This document shows positions 19,954-29,631 of a DNA stretch of 58,630 nt, piece after piece. Both the position numbers and the translations under genes were made by a program. The notes beneath the pieces were generated by a model. The model was not told the origin of the DNA. It made no database searches and was given only the letters and a program-made list of their open reading frames with translations. Within the stretch, counting starts at the first letter, position 1, and every line of letters begins with the position of its first letter. This DNA is from an uncultured Bacilli bacterium (GTDB lineage: Bacteria > Bacillota_I > Bacilli_A > RF39 > UBA660). Location: the NCBI GenBank assembly GCA_934098455.1, contig CAKOOU010000001.1, forward strand, positions 1-58,630, given 5' to 3'.

Positions 19954-20132
19954 TTCAAATCACCTCTAATACTTAATACTACAAATATATAAAACATACA
20001 AGCCTTGAAAAAAACTACATTTTATGATAATATAAACATAGAAAAAAGAAAGAAATGTAATTTTTTTACAAATCTTTCTTTTCTTTTTATCAAAAGCTAT
20101 TGTTAACAAATTCATACTTATCCACAAAAATT

Positions 20133-20342
20133 TTAATCTAATTTATCGATTTCAACATATTTTTCTTTCAAACTAATTTTTTTAACAACATATCCATATC
20201 CTATTAATTCTTTTTTACAATTCAAAAACTAATGATTTATCTCAAATCCTAAAATATTTTCTATATCATCAAAACTTAATTTATAATACTCTTTATTATT
20301 ATTTTTAATATATTCCCATAATTTAACGTATTTGCTAGCCAT
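20133..20342 (-). pseudogene. Small gene (69 codons) interrupted by an in-frame TAG at codon 38
   Basis: MASKYVKLWEYIKNNNKEYYKLSFDDIENILGFEINH-TAG(20231..20229)-FLNCKKELIGYGYVVKKISLKEKYVEIDKLD. Both halves are in the same frame. Confidence 0.4.
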
Positions 20343-20352
20343 CATATTAATT

Positions 20353-21249
20353 CTACTCTTTTACTTTTCCTAATCTCATTCTTACATTAGTTAATTTACT
20401 TCTCTTTATTTTTAAAACACTATCCATATAATTAGCAACTCCAACATATTGTCCTCTAGTATAATGTACCAAAACATACTCTATATTTTTTATTTTACCA
20501 CTATATAAAGAAATAAATTTTTTAATAGGAGCACAAACATCATATACCCATATAGGACTACAAATAATAATTTTCTTAACCTTTTCTAAATTAATATCAA
20601 CATCTTCAATATCCATAGATTTTTTTAGCATACCAAATCTACCACACCACCAAAATCCTATTGTTCCACCAACTTTTTCTTTAGATTTAATTTCATAAAC
20701 ATCAGCATGCATTTTATTAGCAATAGTATATGCAACATATTTTGTATAGTTCATTCTAGAAAAATATATAACTAACGTATCACTTTTCTTATCAATATTT
20801 TTATAATTATCTATATCAAACTTAAATTCATTTTGAGTATAAAATACATAAGTAATATACCCAGTAATAAATTGTAATAAACCAAAGATGAAAAACATAG
20901 TAGATAAAATATTTTTAGGAAATATAATAAATTGTATAGTAATCCATAACATTAAAGTTATACCAAAAACCATTCCTAATACAACACCCAATTTTTCATT
21001 TTTTAACAATAATATATAGGCAATCAAATTAGTTATACCATTTATAATTAATAAACTTATTCCAGAAAAAGTATAATTTTGAAACAAAACATTACTAAAT
21101 GGAAGTACACCAAAATACCTTAACATACCATCCATCCCCAAACTCTTACCTGTTGGGTCAATAAGCATATTTATAGCACCATATATAGCACCAATTCCTA
21201 TAAATAAACACCAAAATTCTAATATTTTCTTAACTTTTTTATATCTCAT
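20353..21249 (-). CDS. Membrane protein with C-terminal flavodoxin-like domain
   Basis: Four to five TM helices, then TLVIYFSRMNYTKYVAYTIANKMHADVYEI (flavodoxin-like). Start set at ATG 21249, forming an ATGA overlap with the upstream stop. Confidence 0.5.
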   Translation of the reverse strand: MRYKKVKKILEFWCLFIGIGAIYGAINMLIDPTGKSLGMDGMLRYFGVLPFSNVLFQNYTFSGISLLIINGITNLIAYILLLKNEKLGVVLGMVFGITLMLWITIQFIIFPKNILSTMFFIFGLLQFITGYITYVFYTQNEFKFDIDNYKNIDKKSDTLVIYFSRMNYTKYVAYTIANKMHADVYEIKSKEKVGGTIGFWWCGRFGMLKKSMDIEDVDINLEKVKKIIICSPIWVYDVCAPIKKFISLYSGKIKNIEYVLVHYTRGQYVGVANYMDSVLKIKRSKLTNVRMRLGKVKE

Positions 21250-21485
21250 TTCTTCTTTACTAATAAACTCCCAACTGCTTCTCCTACAATCATTCCAAAT
21301 GCTATACATAATTCTAACTGCAACTTAAAACCATATCCAACTGCCGTACCAATTGCAATACCAAATAACATACCTTCACTTAAATAAGTATTTTTTTTAT
21401 TTAAATTAACAACAATTACAACAACACTTATACCAAATATAACAAAAGGCAAAGCATTCTTTAAAAAACTAACTACATTTAACAT
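21246..21485 (-). CDS. Small two-helix membrane protein
   Basis: 79 aa and hydrophobic. Translationally coupled on both sides. Confidence 0.4.
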   Translation of the reverse strand: MLNVVSFLKNALPFVIFGISVVVIVVNLNKKNTYLSEGMLFGIAIGTAVGYGFKLQLELCIAFGMIVGEAVGSLLVKKK

Positions 21486-23077
21486 TATACACTCAGCCTC
21501 TCATAATCTTTGACACCAAATTTATTTAAAAAGTAATATAAACCACTACATACAATTCCTAGCCCAATAATTATTATTAAAATCAATAAATTCAAAGAAA
21601 TAACATCAATAAATTTAAATAAACAAAATGTTATAATAACAAAAAATAATAAACCAATAAATACTGATATCATAGAACTCATACTTTGTTTAACAACTTC
21701 AGTATCACTACTATAATTTAATTTAGGATAATTTAAATTTATTATTAAACCAGTAATACCATTACACAATACTATCATTAAACTAAATAATAAAACTAAT
21801 ATAAAATATATAAAACTTAATTTAAATTTTATAGAAACAATTAATAAACTAATAATAACAAATGGCATTTCAATAGTTATAGCCATTAATAATTTAGAAT
21901 TAAATATAGTACTTATCATAACAGGTAAACTCTTAGTAATATTAATACTTTTTCCCTCTAAACTTATACTAGAGGATGTTATACTAGTAAAAAATAAACT
22001 AAATAACAACACTACAATAAATACTAAATTTATAGACATATTACCACTAATACCATATTGACTAAATATACTAGATAAAATATCTTTCCCTTTAACACAT
22101 AAAAGTATACTTGCAATAAGTAAAAGAATTAATCCAAAAGAAGTATTAAACATATATACTGGACTAGAAAAATATCTTTTTAATTCTTTATTACATAAAC
22201 TAAATACTTTTTTTCTAGATTTATATGAAACTTTTCCTCCGCTTTTAACAGAAGTCTCACTAGATTTAAATATAATACTGAAATAATATTTAGAACCTAA
22301 TATAATAAATATAATAAATGGAATAATATTTATTAATAACATTTTAATAAAAGTAACTATATCAAATTTATTTATTAAACTAATATAAGAACCTATAGGA
22401 TAATATATTTTGCTTAACATATCATTTATACTAGTTGCCCTACTTGCAATATCATTAACAAAACTATCTAAATTAAAACTTAAATAATATACTCCTAAAA
22501 ATATAAATATAGATATTAAAGTTTGTATAATTTTTTTAGATTTAAATCTACTAGATATCATCATAACAATATATCCAAGTATACTAGATAATATAGTTGG
22601 TAAGAGTGGTACTAACAATATTTCTAATACACTAAGTAGTAAAAATGAAAAACTTATTCCTTCATGATATATATATGTTGAATAACATGGTAATAAAAAC
22701 ATCAAATTATAAATATATTGAAATGAAATTAATTTGAATATTCTTAAAAATAATATAGTACTTTTTTTTATAGGTAAAGAGAACAACATATCATTGTCTT
22801 TAGACTCAAATAAAATTCCTTGTGATTTATATATTCCCTGAATAAAAGTTAAAATTGAAACAACAAATAGAAATAACGTTAATAAAACGTAAGTCATATT
22901 CACTTCATGTAAAGGCTTTGCAATTAATTCTGCATAACTGCCAATACTGATACTTACTAAAACAAATAGAAATATTGGTAAAAATAATTTGTTTTTGCTA
23001 TTTTTTTTAGACTTATAATTTAAGAAATTCATATCTTGACTAAATGTTGCTTTTATAAGTGAAAATATCTTTTTCAT
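21485..23077 (-). CDS. Polytopic ABC-transporter permease-like membrane protein
   Basis: 530 aa with at least 10 predicted TM helices. Overlaps the ATPase gene by 4 nt. Confidence 0.55.
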   Translation of the reverse strand: MKKIFSLIKATFSQDMNFLNYKSKKNSKNKLFLPIFLFVLVSISIGSYAELIAKPLHEVNMTYVLLTLFLFVVSILTFIQGIYKSQGILFESKDNDMLFSLPIKKSTILFLRIFKLISFQYIYNLMFLLPCYSTYIYHEGISFSFLLLSVLEILLVPLLPTILSSILGYIVMMISSRFKSKKIIQTLISIFIFLGVYYLSFNLDSFVNDIASRATSINDMLSKIYYPIGSYISLINKFDIVTFIKMLLINIIPFIIFIILGSKYYFSIIFKSSETSVKSGGKVSYKSRKKVFSLCNKELKRYFSSPVYMFNTSFGLILLLIASILLCVKGKDILSSIFSQYGISGNMSINLVFIVVLLFSLFFTSITSSSISLEGKSINITKSLPVMISTIFNSKLLMAITIEMPFVIISLLIVSIKFKLSFIYFILVLLFSLMIVLCNGITGLIINLNYPKLNYSSDTEVVKQSMSSMISVFIGLLFFVIITFCLFKFIDVISLNLLILIIIIGLGIVCSGLYYFLNKFGVKDYERLSV

Positions 23078-23787
23078 GCTTGTTCACCTAACTCAAGAAA
23101 TACTTCTTCTAAAGATTCATCACCTTTAATATCTTTCATCTTACCTATCTTAACAATCTTTCCAGATTTTATAATTGCTACTCTATCACACAACTTTTCT
23201 GCAACATCTAAAATATGTGTTGAAAAGAATATAGTTTTACCTTCTTTAGCCATACTTCTCATTATTTCTTTCATATCAAATACAGCCTTAGGGTCTAATC
23301 CAACAAATGGCTCATCCATTATTAACACTTTAGGATCATGACTTAATGCAGCAATCAACGCAACTTTTTGTTTCATACCATGAGAGAAACTTGATATGTC
23401 ATCGCCTAGTTTTTCATCAATTTCAAACATCTTAGCATATTTTAAAACATTCTTTTTTCTAGTATCTTTATCAATTTCATACATATCACATATAAAATTT
23501 ATAAAATCTATCGCTCTCATATTTTCATATAAATCAGGATTATCAGGAACATATGCAATATCCATTTTACATTCAATAGGATTACTTTTTATAGATTTAC
23601 CATTTACCAAAATATCTCCATCTTCAAAATCAAGTATTCCAACAATAGACTTTATCATAGTAGTTTTACCAGCACCATTATGTCCTATAAAACCAAATAT
23701 TTCTCCTCCATTAACTTTAAAACTAACATCCTTAATTGCTTTCTTTACACCATTATAAGTTTTACTCACATTATTTATTTCAATCAT
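23074..23787 (-). CDS. ABC transporter ATP-binding protein
   Basis: Walker A GHNGAGKTT, signature FSHGMKQK, Walker B LIMDEP and H-loop STH. Confidence 0.9.
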   Translation of the reverse strand: MIEINNVSKTYNGVKKAIKDVSFKVNGGEIFGFIGHNGAGKTTMIKSIVGILDFEDGDILVNGKSIKSNPIECKMDIAYVPDNPDLYENMRAIDFINFICDMYEIDKDTRKKNVLKYAKMFEIDEKLGDDISSFSHGMKQKVALIAALSHDPKVLIMDEPFVGLDPKAVFDMKEIMRSMAKEGKTIFFSTHILDVAEKLCDRVAIIKSGKIVKIGKMKDIKGDESLEEVFLELGEQA

Positions 23788-24353
23788 TTTTTATTTCCTC
23801 CTTCTAATTTCATTAATGCTTTATATTGACTTGTTAACAAATTTGATATATCTTCATCACTAAAGTTAACGGTATCAGTAGCAACTAAAGTTGCAATACC
23901 ATGTGTAAATATCCACATTTTCATATGAAAATCAAATGCACCATCACTATCCAACTTAGTACTAATCTTAACTAAATCTTGTAATTTACTAAAATTATAT
24001 TCATCAGATTTAACAAATTCATTACAAAACATATTACATTCACTCATAAATAATATTTTATATAAATTTTTCTCATTTCTAGCAAAAGAAATATATCTAA
24101 TACCAGCATCTTTATAACTAACTTTACCATTACCAAAATTAAATATATAATCAAAAAAATAATGCTCTATTTTACTAATTAATTCTTTATTTAATTCTTC
24201 ACTATTTTTAAATTGATAATATATAGGTCTAATAGATGAATTAAGTTTTTTAGCAATCTCTCTATTGCTAACACCACTCGATCCCTTTTTTCTAACTAAC
24301 AAAAATGCTGTATCAAGAATCTTTTCTTTTGTTATTACAACACTTTTAGGCAA
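23784..24353 (-). CDS. TetR/AcrR family transcriptional regulator
   Basis: N-terminal HTH KILDTAFLLVRKKGSSGVSNREIAKKLNSSIRPIYYQF. First gene of the TetR-ABC-permease operon. Confidence 0.8.
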   Translation of the reverse strand: MPKSVVITKEKILDTAFLLVRKKGSSGVSNREIAKKLNSSIRPIYYQFKNSEELNKELISKIEHYFFDYIFNFGNGKVSYKDAGIRYISFARNEKNLYKILFMSECNMFCNEFVKSDEYNFSKLQDLVKISTKLDSDGAFDFHMKMWIFTHGIATLVATDTVNFSDEDISNLLTSQYKALMKLEGGNKK

Positions 24354-24430
24354 TATATCACATCCACTCTAAATATATTGTATCACATGATACATTATTG
24401 TAAAGAAAAAACTTATAAAATCTTATAAGT

Positions 24431-26221
24431 TTAATATTTCTCCATAATTCTCTTTAATTCATTTCTCAAATCACTAGTTAGTATATAATCACTAAATCCA
24501 TCTTCTATATAGTGTTTCTTTATATTCTCTTTATTAGAATCTAATATTACTATACATGGTACATTAAATTTATTTATTCTTTTTAATCTTTTTAATGTTT
24601 CATACCCACTCATTTCTTTCATATCATCTTCTATTATTATATAATCATATTTTTTACCACTCTTTATTCTATCAACTGCATCAGCACCATAAAGTATATA
24701 TGAAGAATTTATATCAGATTCATTAAATACTTTTTTTATTACTTCATTTACTTTTTTATCTTGATTAACAACTAATACTCTTTTATTACTATAATTGTTA
24801 AATAAATTAAAATTATCTTCCTTTTCTCTATATATCTTTTGATCTATTGTTAGTATTACTTCAGTACCTTTACCAAGTTTACTTTTAATTAACAAATTTC
24901 CACCTAAAGATTTAATAATTTTTTGACAAAGTTCTATATTAAATTCTGATTTTTGTAAGTTAACTATATCATCTTTATTTAATTCACTAGTAGTACTTAA
25001 TATTTCATTTATTTTATCTATTCCAATACCAACACCACTATCAATTATTCTAAATATAACTCTACATACATCATATTTTTCAATAATATCTATATTAAAT
25101 TCTATAAAACCTTTCTCTGTTTTTTTAACAGAATTCATTAATATAGAATATAATACTTGTTTTAATTTTATGTTATCTCCATAAAGATATGGCACATTAT
25201 TTGGTATATTATACCTAAATTCAACATTTCTATTTATACTAGATTCTACTCTTTTTATTAAATCTTCATATATCATATCTAAGTTATATCTGTTATTTAA
25301 AAACTTAACTTTCTGTACATCTAAACTACTAACATTTAAAACATCATTTACTACAAAATCTAATTGCCTAGATGCATTATATATATAATTTAATCCTTCT
25401 TTATATTCTTCTTTTTTATAATCATTATCAATTAATTCTTTACTACTATTCTTTATATAGTTTAATGGTTCTCTAACTTCTTGTGTCATTTCAAATATAA
25501 AATTAGATTTATCTATATAAGCTTGTTCTGTAATTTCATTATTTTTAGTAACTTCTTCTAATTGTTTTAAATCTGGATTTTCTATTGTAAAATACATCAT
25601 CATTATAATAAAAGATTCCATAGAAGTCATCAATAATAATTCAGGATGAGAGCCTTGAATACAAGTAACTACACCCCCTATTAAAAAGAATGCAAATACA
25701 GGATAATATTTTTTATTTTTAATATTTTTATGGTTCATTAACATACATATAATCCAATTAATCATACACATACCACTTACCAAATATAAAAAATTTGCAG
25801 ATGGACCATATGAATAAATAATATCTTTAGTATTTTTAAAGTAAAGAGGTAAACTCATAGTTATTACTATAAATAAACAATAAATCATTGAATAAAATTT
25901 TATAATCTTATATATTTTATTTTTTTCTTTAGTTCTATCATTTACAGAAATTGTAAAAATATAAATAGTAAATAAAAACATGAAAGTCAATAAATATAAT
26001 AAATATATCTTACATATAATCATATTAATCAAAGGAATTTTATCCATAATTCTTATTGTAAAAATACTTGTAACATCAAAAATTAAACCGAAAAAATTTG
26101 CTATCATCATTAATTTATATATTTTATTTTCTAAAACATTTAATCTTTTTTTTGAAAAATAAACAAATAATAACAAAACAATATACAAAAAACTACAAAT
26201 CTGTATTAATACGCTATTCAT
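24431..26221 (-). CDS. Hybrid sensor-kinase-like membrane protein with substituted phospho-sites (pseudo-kinase / pseudo-receiver)
   Basis: Six N-terminal TM helices, a DHp-like helix FIFEMTQEVREPLNYI (Gln where the H-box His is expected), an intact-looking HATPase_c domain (DSGVGIGI, GKGTEV) and a C-terminal receiver-like domain. Confidence 0.6.
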   Translation of the reverse strand: MNSVLIQICSFLYIVLLLFVYFSKKRLNVLENKIYKLMMIANFFGLIFDVTSIFTIRIMDKIPLINMIICKIYLLYLLTFMFLFTIYIFTISVNDRTKEKNKIYKIIKFYSMIYCLFIVITMSLPLYFKNTKDIIYSYGPSANFLYLVSGMCMINWIICMLMNHKNIKNKKYYPVFAFFLIGGVVTCIQGSHPELLLMTSMESFIIMMMYFTIENPDLKQLEEVTKNNEITEQAYIDKSNFIFEMTQEVREPLNYIKNSSKELIDNDYKKEEYKEGLNYIYNASRQLDFVVNDVLNVSSLDVQKVKFLNNRYNLDMIYEDLIKRVESSINRNVEFRYNIPNNVPYLYGDNIKLKQVLYSILMNSVKKTEKGFIEFNIDIIEKYDVCRVIFRIIDSGVGIGIDKINEILSTTSELNKDDIVNLQKSEFNIELCQKIIKSLGGNLLIKSKLGKGTEVILTIDQKIYREKEDNFNLFNNYSNKRVLVVNQDKKVNEVIKKVFNESDINSSYILYGADAVDRIKSGKKYDYIIIEDDMKEMSGYETLKRLKRINKFNVPCIVILDSNKENIKKHYIEDGFSDYILTSDLRNELKRIMEKY

Positions 26222-26335
26222 ATTCTCACCTACTATAGAAAGTATATCAAAAAATTAATAGTAATACAACTATTCAAAAAATAGTTTTAGCACACTTTTA
26301 AATTAAAATTTTACAAAAAAATAGTTTTGAAAAAT

Positions 26336-27094
26336 TTATTTCCTATTTTCCAAAACTAATTCTTTTACAGTATTTCTTAAACATTTATTTGCCTCTTCTA
26401 AATCCATATTATTTACATTTATAGGATTTCCAAATCTTAAAGTCAAATTGTTGTTACTCACTTTATAATCTCCAGTAACTCCAAAAGGTACTATTAAAGA
26501 ATTTGTTTCTTGTGCCATTTTAACTGCACCAAATTTGAAAGGCAATATTATATCATCTTCATCATAATCAACAATATTTCTATTATCTAAATCTTGTTTT
26601 ACCTCAAGCAATTTTTTTTCAGCTTCTTTTAATTTAATAAAATATTGATTGTTGCATAATACTTCTTTATCATTATTATGATTTTCAATTAAATATTTTT
26701 TATAATCTTCTAATTTTTCTAAATAATTTTTCCTTGCAGCAGTAATCTTATTTCTAGTTCCCTCTGGGAATATTCCAACAGCCTCACCATTTTTTAAATA
26801 TTTGATAGCAATTTCTTTTGATTCATGAGGATTATTATATCTGTCAACAGGTATACATTCAAATCCTTTGTACATCCAAGCCATTTTAGAATCAAAATAT
26901 TCTTTTTTAGCCATCCAATGAATAGTTCTTTTAGTTGAACATATTACAGGAACCTGATCCCACACATGTAAATGATTTCCGCATAAAATTATAGGACCAT
27001 TTTTAGGAATAAAATCTTTACCAATAATTTTAGGATGATATAAAGGAATAAATAATCCTTTTACAACCTTTCTTCCAGTTTGATAATTAAACAT
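26336..27094 (-). CDS. 1-acyl-sn-glycerol-3-phosphate acyltransferase family (PlsC-like)
   Basis: NHLHVWD (HX4D) and FPEGTR motifs. Confidence 0.8.
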   Translation of the reverse strand: MFNYQTGRKVVKGLFIPLYHPKIIGKDFIPKNGPIILCGNHLHVWDQVPVICSTKRTIHWMAKKEYFDSKMAWMYKGFECIPVDRYNNPHESKEIAIKYLKNGEAVGIFPEGTRNKITAARKNYLEKLEDYKKYLIENHNNDKEVLCNNQYFIKLKEAEKKLLEVKQDLDNRNIVDYDEDDIILPFKFGAVKMAQETNSLIVPFGVTGDYKVSNNNLTLRFGNPINVNNMDLEEANKCLRNTVKELVLENRK

Positions 27095-29456
27095 TTCTAA
27101 TTTCCTTTCTCAAAATTTTGTCACTTTCATTTTCTTTATTTTCTAAATTTTTGTAATCAATCTTATTCATTAATGTTTTTGGTAATTCTTTTATTACTTC
27201 AATTGTTTCTGGTAAATAATATTTATTAGGCAAAGAATTACACATATTTAATAGTTCTTCTTTTAAATTATTATCATACATATATCCATCATTTAAAACA
27301 ATATATGCTTTAGGAACTTCTACCTTGTAAGAATGAGGTGCTTTTATAACACAACATTCCTTCACAGCTGGATGATTTGATAAAGCATTTTCAATCAAAG
27401 ATGGATATACATTAACACCACTAACAATTATTAATCTTTTTATTCTATCTGTAACAAATAATTTACCATCTTGATTGATATAACCCATATCACCTGTATG
27501 AAGCCAAGTATTACCATCTTCATGAATAATAAGATCTTTATTAGTAGCATTTTCATCTTTATAATAACTCTTCATAATAGAAGGACCACTCGCACAAATT
27601 TCTCCTAATTCATCATATCTTAATTCATCAGTAGTTCCAGGTTTAACAATCTTTATGTTCGTATTAACTAAAGGTATTCCAACACTATTATTTTCATTAC
27701 AATCATCAAAAGTAAAAGTAACACTACTAGTCGCCTCAGTCAATCCATAACCTTTAGTAATTTTTTTATCAGAATTTCTTTCCTTTAAGAAATCATTGAA
27801 TAGATTCTCATCTGCACCCATTGAGCCACCACCAGAAACAATATAATTAATAAATGAGAAATCTATTTTTGAATAATTCTTATTACGTAAAATATCTCTC
27901 ATCAAAGTAGGCACACCCATGATATCACTAGGTCTATATTTTTTAAATATATGTGCTAAACTCTTTGAATCGTACTTAGGCATTAATATAACAGAAGCCC
28001 CAAGACATAATGGCATATGAATACAATTACATAAACCAAATCCATGAAAAATAGGCATTACAGCTACCATTTTATCATTTTTATCAAAATTTGCCTTAAC
28101 TCCATATTGACTTGGCATACTATTAAAATTTTCATTTGTTAATAGAGCACCTTTAGGTTCACCAGTAGTTCCACCAGTACTTAAAATAACTTGAGCACGA
28201 TTTTTTTCAAATGGATAATCTGCTACATTATTTGATTTAGTAGAATACTTTTTAAATTCTTCCCAACTCATATAATTTTCTTTTTTATTTTCATTATAAT
28301 ATTCTAAATCTTTTAATTTATAACTATATAATAATTTTACATACAAAGGCATTGAATCATTATTTGACAAAATTACAAATCTAGAATTTGCATTATCAAT
28401 AGTTGAATTTTTAATCTTATTATAATCAAAATCTATACAAAAATTAATTTTAGAATTACATTTCTCTATACTATTAACTATATTATCTTTGTTAGAAAGA
28501 GGATGAACAAAATTAACTAAAATACCTAATCTATTTGCTGCATAAAAAACATACAACGCTTCAGGAACATTATTAGACACTATAGAAATTGTTTCATTAT
28601 GTATATCTTTATCACTTATCCCAATACTATTGAACAAATATAAGATAGATTTTTTTGCTTTTTCAATATTATCTAAAAATTCTTTACCATATATACTTCT
28701 TCCAACATAATTTAATACTTCTCTATTTAAATTAGTTTTAACACCATTTTCCATATATTCATATATTGTTAAATTTGGAATTTTATTGATAGATTGTGCA
28801 TATGAATAATATTTAAGCCAAGGTTTATCTAATGATGGATAACCAGTTACATTACCATTTTTTGAATAAGCATTTTTATTATATAAATTACTAAAAGTTT
28901 TTAAATAAGAATCAATTTGATTCCAATCACTTGCCCTATATACATTATCTTTACTTAAATCTTTATTATATTCTTGATCCAATAAAATAATCTTTGTATA
29001 ATCACTTAATTCGAATGCATTATCTTTATTATCTTCAATCATAACGTTTATATTATTATTTATAATTTCCTCTTTTTTACTTTCTCCACAATAAATAATT
29101 TTATCATAATATATGTTGTTACTAATTAACCATTCTTGAACAATATATCTCATTAATTTTCCCAAAAAATTATTTTGTTTTGTAAATGCTCTAGAAGTTA
29201 TTATAAATATTTTATTATTATTTTTATGTTTATTGATTACACTAGAAGCATTCAATCTTGCACCTAAGAAAATAGAATATTCTAATAAATACCTTGTCCA
29301 AAATTTTTTTGATTCTGCTTCAGAACAATTAAACATTTCTTCTATTGTAAATCCTTTTTCATTAACTAAATCTTTTTTAAAAAAAGTTTTTCCTTTTTTT
29401 ATTTGATAATTTCTTATATCAGTCAAAACACCATCTATATCAATACCAATATTCAT
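27087..29456 (-). CDS. Fusion protein: N-terminal HAD/5'(3')-nucleotidase-like domain + AMP-dependent acyl-CoA/acyl-ACP synthetase
   Basis: IGIDIDGVLTD (HAD motif I) at the N-terminus. ANL-superfamily motifs STGGTTGEPKG, GYGLTE and TGD in the C-terminal approx. 550 aa. Overlaps the PlsC-like gene by 8 nt. Confidence 0.75.
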   Translation of the reverse strand: MNIGIDIDGVLTDIRNYQIKKGKTFFKKDLVNEKGFTIEEMFNCSEAESKKFWTRYLLEYSIFLGARLNASSVINKHKNNNKIFIITSRAFTKQNNFLGKLMRYIVQEWLISNNIYYDKIIYCGESKKEEIINNNINVMIEDNKDNAFELSDYTKIILLDQEYNKDLSKDNVYRASDWNQIDSYLKTFSNLYNKNAYSKNGNVTGYPSLDKPWLKYYSYAQSINKIPNLTIYEYMENGVKTNLNREVLNYVGRSIYGKEFLDNIEKAKKSILYLFNSIGISDKDIHNETISIVSNNVPEALYVFYAANRLGILVNFVHPLSNKDNIVNSIEKCNSKINFCIDFDYNKIKNSTIDNANSRFVILSNNDSMPLYVKLLYSYKLKDLEYYNENKKENYMSWEEFKKYSTKSNNVADYPFEKNRAQVILSTGGTTGEPKGALLTNENFNSMPSQYGVKANFDKNDKMVAVMPIFHGFGLCNCIHMPLCLGASVILMPKYDSKSLAHIFKKYRPSDIMGVPTLMRDILRNKNYSKIDFSFINYIVSGGGSMGADENLFNDFLKERNSDKKITKGYGLTEATSSVTFTFDDCNENNSVGIPLVNTNIKIVKPGTTDELRYDELGEICASGPSIMKSYYKDENATNKDLIIHEDGNTWLHTGDMGYINQDGKLFVTDRIKRLIIVSGVNVYPSLIENALSNHPAVKECCVIKAPHSYKVEVPKAYIVLNDGYMYDNNLKEELLNMCNSLPNKYYLPETIEVIKELPKTLMNKIDYKNLENKENESDKILRKEIRNV

Positions 29457-29631
29457 TAAAAAACTCCCCCTTAATGTGTTGGATATTTTAAAATATTTTT
29501 ATAAAAATGACATTTTATTTGTCTAAAAGTATCATTTTTACGTCTAAATCACCTTACAATTAAATAATATCATAATTAAAACATAAAAAAAAGAATAAAT
29601 TACAACAAAAGATAATTAATTTTATTATAAT

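Noticed and set aside
14826-20350. Calling the tRNA-adjacent region, or the 41-46 kb cassette block, a bona fide integrative mobile element or prophage
   Set aside because: No integrase, recombinase, transposase, terminase or capsid genes, and no tRNA-derived att duplication, were found in the window. Only island-like gene content supports the idea.
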